Below, piece after piece: positions 62,556-64,000 of a stretch of DNA of 64,000 nucleotides. The notes under the pieces were generated by a model that saw only the letters and a list, made by a program, of their open reading frames with translations, made no database searches and had not been told where the DNA came from. The stretch covers positions 780,539 to 844,538 of the forward strand of contig NW_014577066.1 in NCBI RefSeq assembly GCF_000485595.1, read 5' to 3'. Source of the stretch: Priapulus caudatus. Its lineage: Eukaryota. Made by a program: the position numbers and the translations under genes. Every line of letters starts with the position of its first letter. Position 1 is the first letter of the stretch.

Positions 62556-64000
62556 ACACACACACCACGTAACACGCGTGGTCGTGCACGTACACGCATG
62601 CGCGCACATACACCCGTTGGCGTGCCACGTACCACGGCATGCGTCCGCGCGTGACCACGCATGCGTGCGCCATACACGCATTGCGTACGCCATGACACGC
62701 GTTGCGTGCGCATTAACACGCTGTGCGGCACGGTACACGCATGCGTGCGCGTACACGCATGCGTGCGCGTACAACGCATGCGCCGCCGACACGGATGACG
62801 TGCACAACATCGCGGCGTGCACATACACACGTGCGCGCATGTACACACGTATGCTCGCCACATACACATGCCACGCCATCGCGGTCATGTGCATCTTGGC
62901 ACGGCAGCATACATCCACGTGCACCTATTGTACGCAGGCCGCATGGACACGCCCCGCGTGTATGATACACGCAGTGCGCGCGTGCACATAAGGAGCTCGG
63001 CTGCACGATCTTGGACAAAACCCAATGCTCTCGTAGCAACACCGCGCACCTGACTCTGTGACTGTGCACGAGCTCTTTGCGCCTCGTGACGTGCCGAACC
63101 TCGGCTTTTATGCCACAGAGAGTTCGTGTTAGCTTCTGGCCTGACTGCCCAGAGTTTTATTCACAATCACTAGTGAGTTCTGTCTGTACGGCCAGCGGGC
63201 CGGGATGTGCCTACCGTCGTCATTCGTAGTCTTTATTGTTGTTGTTGCTTCCCCGTTGTTGTTGTTGTGTGTTTGTTTGCTGTTCTCTTACGCTCTTGGC
63301 GGCCGGCAACGGAGAGGAGAACAGGGAGAAGAGAAGGAATGTTGGGCATGCGGATCGCGGATCAGCGCAGTGGATTTAGAGACGGGGTCCGGAGCAATGA
63401 TGTATGCTTGGATTTACGGTTGCGACTAACTCCTTCTCGAGTCGTTTTTCCTCTCTAGAAGCTTTGTGCTTAGCGCGGTGTGTACTAGGGTCCTTATACA
63501 ATGTTACCAGATTGTATACAATGCTTTATCCACGTCATTGTTATACAAGTGTTATCACAGATGCTTATACAGTGTTACCATAATTCTTACACATGGCACC
63601 ACGATTGTATACAATGTACGTTATACATATCAGACATGCACTGAGCGTAGCTAAGGGGGCACAAGGCGGCCATGGCCCCCCCCTGTTGATTGGGCCAAAA
63701 CAAAACAAATTTTTTTTTTTCCTTTGCCTCTCACGCGTCTTTCACAGACTGGCCACAATTCCTGTTACTTCTGATCTGCTGAACGAGAACATCTCTAAAA
63801 TGAGCATTGTCAAGTCTGAAACTCGATTCTTACAATGACCCAGCCACGATTCTCTTGCCTCATTCTCCCTTTTCGTTGAACAGAGATTAGTGTAACTTGA
63901 CATTAATGTCAACGAAATCCTCAAAATGTTCTGTGCAAAATCGGACGAGAAAACTGTGACTTTGGTTTTAGACGATTCTGCAGCAGACAAAGAACATGAC

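Overview
Eukaryotic (invertebrate metazoan-type) genomic DNA, not prokaryotic. Most of the window is one minus-strand, intron-rich DOCK-A family Rac GEF gene (DOCK1/DOCK180/myoblast city/CED-5-like). I traced 40 consecutive exons (49257 to 9651) with consistent splice phases, covering SH3, DHR-1/C2, the armadillo region and DHR-2. There is also a frameshifted candidate first coding exon at about 59.5 kb and an unresolved C-terminal tail. The ORF track misses several features: an intact-looking selenocysteine tRNA gene (anticodon TCA, TATA at about -30) nested antisense in intron 18; a U12 minor-spliceosome intron; a GC-AG intron; and a complete non-autonomous Helitron carrying PIF1-helicase relics, two 5' ends and a tRNA-like Pol III cassette. 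Several MITEs, simple repeats and minisatellites are also present. Three 25-N gaps are flanked by indel-rich sequence, duplicated at two of them, which is probably long-read gap-filling artefact. I found no convincing evidence of a wholly novel system; the best leads are the nested tRNA-Sec locus and the composite Helitron.
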